Source: a candidate division FCPU426 bacterium
Lineage (GTDB): Bacteria > Oederibacteriota > Muellerivitia > Muellerivitales > Muellerivitaceae
Assembly (NCBI GenBank): GCA_963830915.1
Contig: CAWHOE010000058.1
Span: forward strand, 1-52,266
Direction of reading: 5' to 3'
Length of the DNA stretch: 52,266 bases
The position numbers were made by a program, and so were the translations under genes. The notes under the pieces were generated by a model, which worked only from the letters and a program-made list of their open reading frames with translations, was not told where the DNA came from and did not search any database. Shown here in pieces: positions 50,345-52,266 of the stretch (position 1 is the first letter of the stretch; the number at the start of each line of letters is the position of its first letter).

Positions 50345-50718
50345 CAATTATTGCTGTAACGGTTTGATCAACTTGAACGCGGGCTTTTTTGCCTAAACGA
50401 TCACGCAGATAATACAATTTCGCGCGTTTGATAACACCTTTGGAAACAACTTCAATTTTGTCGATCACCGGAGAATTGACCGGAAAGGTCCTCTCAACAC
50501 CTTCACCAAAAGATATTTTACGCACCGTAAAAGCCGCGCCTAAGCCGATACCGGTTTTTTTGATCACAGTGCCTTCAAAAGGATGGATACGGATCTTATC
50601 AGCTTCTTTGACCTTGATCTTCATTTTCACGGTATCGCCGACATCAAACACCGGAATATCTTTACGTAAATTTTGTTGCACTGACTGAAGCTATTTTTTC
50701 AATACTGCTTGCTATCAT
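50313..50718 (-). CDS. rplS: 50S ribosomal protein L19; indel near the N-terminus (about 50685-50700)
   Basis: [48 protein letters not shown] and ATG at 50718 overlapping the trmD stop. Confidence 0.93.
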
Positions 50719-51414
50719 TTCAAACTCCTTCTTATCTTGTCTAACAAATCAGGCCGGACCTTTTTGGTCTTGGCCAAAGCTTTTGAATTTCGCCATATTT
50801 CTATGGTTTTATGATTGCCAGATAATAACACATCCGGCACTTTTATGCCACGAAAATTTGCCGGCCGGGTGTACTGCGGCCCCTCCAGCAAATTATCTTC
50901 AAAAGACTCATGAAGCAGGGATTCTTCCTTGCCTAAAACACCCGGGATCAGCCGTGTAACGGCATCAACGATGAGCATGGCCGGTATTTCTCCGCCGGTC
51001 AGGACATAATCCCCACCGAGATCTCTTCATCCACCAAATGCTCGCGCACGCGCTCGTCAATCCCTTCGTAATGGCCACAGATAATAATCAAATTTTTGGC
51101 CTTAGTCAAGCGTTTTCGCGTGAATTTGTGTAAAAGGCTTGCCTGCCGGAGAAGTGTAGATCACCTTTGCTTTGCGCCTTCCTTTAATGGCTTTAATCGC
51201 GTCAAATAAAGGTTGAGGCATCATGACCATGCCCGGTCCTCCGCCAAAAGGGCGGTCATCGACCTTGCGGTGTTTCTTATCATCGGTATAATCACGCAGG
51301 TCATGGACATGGATCGCGACCTTCTTTTTCTCCTGAGCACGTTTAAGGATAGACTCATTGAATATCGGGCCTAAACATGTCAGGGAAAATAGTGATGATG
51401 TCAAAACGAAGCAT
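50715..51414 (-). CDS. trmD: tRNA (guanine-N1)-methyltransferase TrmD with about 3 indels (near 51370, 51105 and 51012)
   Basis: [57 protein letters not shown] and LLSGNH appear across three frames. Confidence 0.93.
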
Positions 51415-51447
51415 AAATTCCTTATAAAGTAGCTCAAAAGTTCGGAA

Positions 51448-52266
<819 letters not shown>

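Overview
Bacterial genomic DNA, probably an uncorrected long-read or metagenomic assembly: many genes carry single-base indels, often at short homopolymers. From left to right: (1) 1-10.2 kb, a group 3d bidirectional NAD(P)-linked [NiFe]-hydrogenase operon, hoxE(partial)FUYH-hoxW, followed by hypFCDE. (2) 10.3-21.7 kb, mixed housekeeping genes: LysM lipoprotein, Gfo/Idh/MocA oxidoreductase, DUF6498-like membrane protein, ispH, addB-addA, a CDF metal exporter and a four-helix-bundle protein. (3) 21.7-30.1 kb, a minus-strand operon of an NHL propeller, hpnC-hpnD-hpnE (squalene synthesis) and two paralogous GT-C glycosyltransferases. (4) 30.3-49.4 kb, the most interesting region: two convergent Dlt/AlgI-like envelope-acylation modules. 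One has a DltD-like SGNH protein, a free DltX-like peptide ending FIYVDF and an MBOAT. The other has a MaoC-dehydratase/SDR fusion, FkbH, ACP, an MBOAT ending FLYFRF and a DltD-like protein; I infer it makes and exports a lactyl (or glyceryl) group. Between them lie four paralogous secreted NHL-propeller/SGNH fusion proteins, three with CCxxH in place of the catalytic DxxH. The locus also has two paralogous small secreted proteins of unknown family. (5) tRNA-Val(CAC), then a compositionally distinct, indel-rich block tgt(partial)-trmD-rplS-rnhB. No CRISPR array, transposase or integrase was seen. Functional calls come from motifs read by eye; no searches were run.
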